Source: Bacilli bacterium (GTDB lineage Bacteria; Bacillota_I; Bacilli_A; RFN20; CAG-826). From it: a stretch of DNA of 64,000 nt. The position numbers and the translations under genes were made by a program. Shown here in pieces: positions 61,053 to 64,000 of this stretch. The stretch lies in contig JBBAWZ010000001.1 in assembly GCA_040396875.1 (NCBI GenBank), forward strand, positions 39,384 through 103,383, written 5' to 3'. The notes below the pieces were generated by a model, which was not told the origin of the DNA, did no database searches, and saw nothing but the letters and a program-made list of their open reading frames with translations. Within the stretch, counting starts at the first letter, position 1, and each line of letters begins with the position of its first letter.

Positions 61053-61356
61053 CCTAATACTTAGTGGATTTTTTAATAGCGGTATCGTTACGATTATCCT
61101 CTTACTGATTATTTTTTCAGTCATTGCCTTGATTGCTAGTTGGTTAAGAAAACTGATTTGGCCATCGACAACAGAAGAGTCGAAAGTTGATCCTAAAAAA
61201 GCGGTAAAAGAAGAACTTGAGCGCGTGTTAGTTCCCTTAGAACAACCCTTAACCCAATTAAAGAATTCTCAAAAAGTAACGACTGACATTTCTAAAGCCA
61301 AGAAAAAACCAAGTGGAAAGAAGCATGCAAGCACTCGAAAGAAATCCTCATCCTAA
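61045..61356 (+). CDS. small single-pass membrane protein with basic C-terminal tail
   Basis: TM helix IVTIILLLIIFSVIALIASWL followed by a K/E-rich tail. The ATG overlaps the stop of the upstream gene (ATGATTAA). Confidence 0.4.
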   Translation: MINLILSGFFNSGIVTIILLLIIFSVIALIASWLRKLIWPSTTEESKVDPKKAVKEELERVLVPLEQPLTQLKNSQKVTTDISKAKKKPSGKKHASTRKKSSS

Positions 61357-62446
61357 ATCTTTATACGTCCATATTCCATACTGCGACCATATTTGCCATT
61401 ATTGCGATTTCACTAAAATGTTAACGAATCCGAAGCAAACTCGGATTTATGTTGAGACTCTCTTAAAAGAAATTATGGGTTATGGTACCCATCAATATGA
61501 GACGATTTTTTTTGGTGGAGGCACACCAACAGCTCTATCAGATGAAGATTTAGAAATCCTTTGTCAAGGTGTGAAACCTTTTGCCTCTTCTCAATGCGAA
61601 TGGACGGTTGAATGCAACGTTGAATCAACCACACCATCTAAGTTAAGGATTTTAAAAAATGCAGGTGTCAATCGTCTTTCTTTTGGGGTTCAGACTTTTA
61701 AAAAAGATGCACTTATTTCCTTAAATCGTCATCACAATCATCAGGATATTATTACCGCAATTCAAGATGCAAAAGCTTTGGGATTTCAACTCATCAATGT
61801 GGATTTAATATATGACCTTCCACGCGTCAATGATGAGGATTTAATAGCAGATCTTCAACATTTTTTATCATTGGATGTGAATCATATCGCAACGTATGCA
61901 TTGACGATTCATCCCAACACCGTATTTGGCATTCAAAAAATAAAACCTGTGACAGACGAAGTATCTCGACATCATTATGAAATGATTTATGAAACGTTAA
62001 CGCGTCATGGTTATGAACGTTATGAAGTTAGTAATTTTGCTCGTCATCAAGAAAAGTCCAAGCATAATCTAACGTATTGGAGAAACCAGGAATATATTGG
62101 CACAGGTTTAGGAGCGAGCGGTTATTACCAAGGCGTCCGTTACACTAATACTAAGAATATGACGAAATATTTACAAGGAATCCAACGCGATCAAGAAGAA
62201 TTCATCGATGAAAAGATGAAACGTTTTGAATATATCATGTTAAATTTTCGCTTAAAAGATGGATTTTCATTATCTGAATTTTCCCGTTTATTTCATATTG
62301 AATTCACTAAACTTTTTAACCAGACGCTACCACCTCTTGTCGATAAAGGACTCATTATGATCGGAAATGATGATGCCAAACTTAGCTTTGAAGGTATGTT
62401 ATTACTTGATTACGTCGTATTAAAACTCACCAAAGATTTAATTTAG
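61313..62446 (+). CDS. hemW: radical-SAM heme chaperone HemW (HemN-like)
   Basis: CxxxCxxC radical-SAM motif IPYCDHICHYCDF plus the HemN C-terminal domain. The true start may be M at 61325. Confidence 0.85.
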   Translation: MERSMQALERNPHPKSLYVHIPYCDHICHYCDFTKMLTNPKQTRIYVETLLKEIMGYGTHQYETIFFGGGTPTALSDEDLEILCQGVKPFASSQCEWTVECNVESTTPSKLRILKNAGVNRLSFGVQTFKKDALISLNRHHNHQDIITAIQDAKALGFQLINVDLIYDLPRVNDEDLIADLQHFLSLDVNHIATYALTIHPNTVFGIQKIKPVTDEVSRHHYEMIYETLTRHGYERYEVSNFARHQEKSKHNLTYWRNQEYIGTGLGASGYYQGVRYTNTKNMTKYLQGIQRDQEEFIDEKMKRFEYIMLNFRLKDGFSLSEFSRLFHIEFTKLFNQTLPPLVDKGLIMIGNDDAKLSFEGMLLLDYVVLKLTKDLI

Positions 62447-62515
62447 CACTTTATAATTGACAGTGCCAAAAACCTTGTTATAATATTTTTAGCACTCAAG
62501 AAGATTGAATGCTAA
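62443..62515 (+). promoter_or_regulatory. hrcA promoter with two CIRCE elements
   Basis: TTGACA (62457-62462)-16-TGtTATAAT (62476-62484). CIRCE-1 is TTAGCACTT-N9-CAGTGCCAA (62443-62469, degenerate). CIRCE-2 is TTAGCACTC-N9-GAATGCTAA (62489-62515, 1 mismatch) and runs into the SD AGGAGG (62515-62520). Confidence 0.8.
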
Positions 62516-62525
62516 GGAGGTTAAC

Positions 62526-63563
62526 ATGGAACTATCACGACGCGATTTAATCCTCAAACATATCGTTGAACATTTCATCAAAACCGCTTTGCCTGTTGGC
62601 TCACAAACCTTAATTCAAAATTATGAACTGAACTTTTCTTCGGCGACCATTCGTAATGAAATGCTTGCCTTAGAGAATGCTGGTTTACTTGAAAAAACGC
62701 ATACTTCATCAGGTAGAATCCCTTCTAGCAAAGGTTATCAATATTATGTTGATCATCTTCGTAATAAAAGCGTGGACGAAAGAATTAAACAACAATTACA
62801 AGTCATCCTTTCACAAAAAGCTCAATCTGTGACCGAAATCATTCAGAAGAGTTCTGAGATTCTATCAAATATGACGAAGCTCGCTTCAGTCGTGTTAGGT
62901 CCCAATGCTCAACAAGAGAAATTAATGAGTATTCAAGTAACTCCTTTAGAGAATAATTCCGCTACGGTCGTCTTTATTACAGATTCTGGTTATGTTGAAA
63001 ATAAGACTTTTGTCCTTCCTAAGAATATTGAAAAAGATGCATTAGCCGATTGCATGAACGTAATCAATAAACGTTTAAGAGGCACATTAGTGTCTGAGTT
63101 ATCCGCAAAAATGGAAGCGATAAAGCCAATTTTAGAAGACTTTATAGCCGAACATGATGTGGTCTATCAAGCATTCACACAAGCGTTTTTAAACTTTGCA
63201 GGTGAACGTCTTAAACTTTATGGAAAAGACTCATTGTTTAATCAACCAGAATTTGCGCATGATGGTGACAAATTAAGAAAAATACTAACCTTACTTGAAT
63301 CGCCAAAACTTTTGAATCATGTGACAAAATCGAGTAGCAATCTTGCGGTCAATATTGGTGATCAAGACCAAAACCATGACTTATCAATTGTATCAAGTAA
63401 ATTAAGGATGCCTGGAGAAAAAGAAGGCCGCATCGCATTGGTCGGTCCGACCAGAATGGATTATGATCGCGCATTATCTGCACTTGAATATGTGACCGAG
63501 ATGTTGGAAAAATATTTTGAAAAAAATAGTGATAAAACAAAAGTGGAGGGTAAAGGAAAATGA
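62526..63563 (+). CDS. hrcA: heat-inducible transcription repressor HrcA
   Basis: HrcA family (N-terminal wHTH LPVGSQTL...). Start at MELSRRDL; the called ORF begins inside CIRCE. Confidence 0.9.
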   Translation: MELSRRDLILKHIVEHFIKTALPVGSQTLIQNYELNFSSATIRNEMLALENAGLLEKTHTSSGRIPSSKGYQYYVDHLRNKSVDERIKQQLQVILSQKAQSVTEIIQKSSEILSNMTKLASVVLGPNAQQEKLMSIQVTPLENNSATVVFITDSGYVENKTFVLPKNIEKDALADCMNVINKRLRGTLVSELSAKMEAIKPILEDFIAEHDVVYQAFTQAFLNFAGERLKLYGKDSLFNQPEFAHDGDKLRKILTLLESPKLLNHVTKSSSNLAVNIGDQDQNHDLSIVSSKLRMPGEKEGRIALVGPTRMDYDRALSALEYVTEMLEKYFEKNSDKTKVEGKGK

Positions 63564-64000
63564 AACAAGAAAAAGAAAATTTAGAAAAAGATTTAAATCA
63601 TTCATCCGAACAAAAAGAACAAGACAAACCATCTCAAGATAAGAAGCACATCAGCCTAGAAGAGAAACTGATAGCCGCAGAGGCAGAAATCTATAGTTGG
63701 AAAAATAAATATGCGATGATGTTTGCGGATATGGATAATTTAAGGAAAAACCAAGATAAAGCTTTTTCAGAGGCACTTAGATACCGAGCAGAAGGATTCA
63801 TCGATAGATTACTTCCTGCCTTAGAATCCTTCCATATTGCGTTAAAGAATCCAGTCGATGATCCCAAGGTTAAAAACTATTTAGTGGGCTTTGAATACAT
63901 CTACAATCAAATCAGTCAAGCATTAGCAGATGAAGGGGTCAATGAAATTCCAGTGAAGATAAATGACCCGTTTGATGTGAAGACGATGCATGCGATAGAA
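63560..64000 (+). CDS. grpE: nucleotide exchange factor GrpE (3' end beyond the window)
   Basis: GrpE family (MKQEKENLEK..., coiled-coil). Canonical hrcA-grpE-(dnaK) order. Confidence 0.85.
   Translation, partial: MKQEKENLEKDLNHSSEQKEQDKPSQDKKHISLEEKLIAAEAEIYSWKNKYAMMFADMDNLRKNQDKAFSEALRYRAEGFIDRLLPALESFHIALKNPVDDPKVKNYLVGFEYIYNQISQALADEGVNEIPVKINDPFDVKTMHAIE

Noticed and set aside
62505-62525. hrcA start at MNAKEVN
   Set aside because: It falls inside the CIRCE operator and has no SD. The ATG at 62526 follows AGGAGG by 5 nt.
1-64000. CRISPR arrays, IS elements, integrases, reverse transcriptases, rRNA operons
   Set aside because: No regularly spaced direct repeats, transposase, integrase or RT-like ORFs, and no rRNA-like sequence were seen anywhere in the window. 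Intergenic spaces are short and accounted for by promoters, terminators and leaders.

Overview
This window reads as roughly 64 kb of a low-GC bacterial chromosome using the standard genetic code (UGA is a stop), packed with core housekeeping genes mostly on the + strand. The gene content points to an Acholeplasma-like mollicute or a close Firmicutes relative: a complete acpP-accBCDA-fabHDGFZ-birA cluster, oxidative pentose-phosphate genes (gnd-like and zwf), a CrtI/CrtN-family carotenoid desaturase, and a ClpB that lacks the N-domain. I found no rRNA genes, CRISPR arrays, transposases or reverse transcriptases.

Main blocks, in order:
- the divergent start of the atp operon (atpI and a partial atpB on the - strand), then prs;
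- an Fe-alcohol dehydrogenase, glutathione peroxidase and a divergent galactokinase-like protein;
- clpB behind a CIRCE element, then a tRNA-Thr(GGU) and thyX;
- an alpha/beta hydrolase, a membrane protein and the carotenoid desaturase;
- the rimP-nusA-ylxR-ylxQ-infB-rbfA-truB-ribF-rpsO block followed by pepT-pnp-rnj-ftsK;
- acpS, pullulanase, plsC, pdp, dtd, mnmA, and alaS behind a T-box leader;
- ruvX, a DUF1292 protein and greA;
- comEA-comEC-holA;
- an aguA-aguB route from agmatine to putrescine downstream of rpsT on the - strand;
- the fatty-acid synthesis cluster;
- a gnd-zwf-cyclase-fmt block ending in an unusual fusion of a PD-(D/E)XK nuclease with a Rad3/DinG-type helicase;
- lepA, a two-gene insertion (a degenerate Fic-like protein and a small membrane protein), then hemW-hrcA-grpE with CIRCE operators.

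The candidates for something new are:
- the divergent galactokinase-like protein;
- an orphan 57-codon gene with its own promoter, strong ribosome-binding site and terminator;
- a strong intrinsic terminator in the rimP-nusA leader;
- the nuclease-helicase fusion;
- the Fic-like insertion into the conserved lepA-hemW-hrcA synteny;
- a cyclase-family hydrolase sitting between zwf and fmt where a lactonase would be expected.
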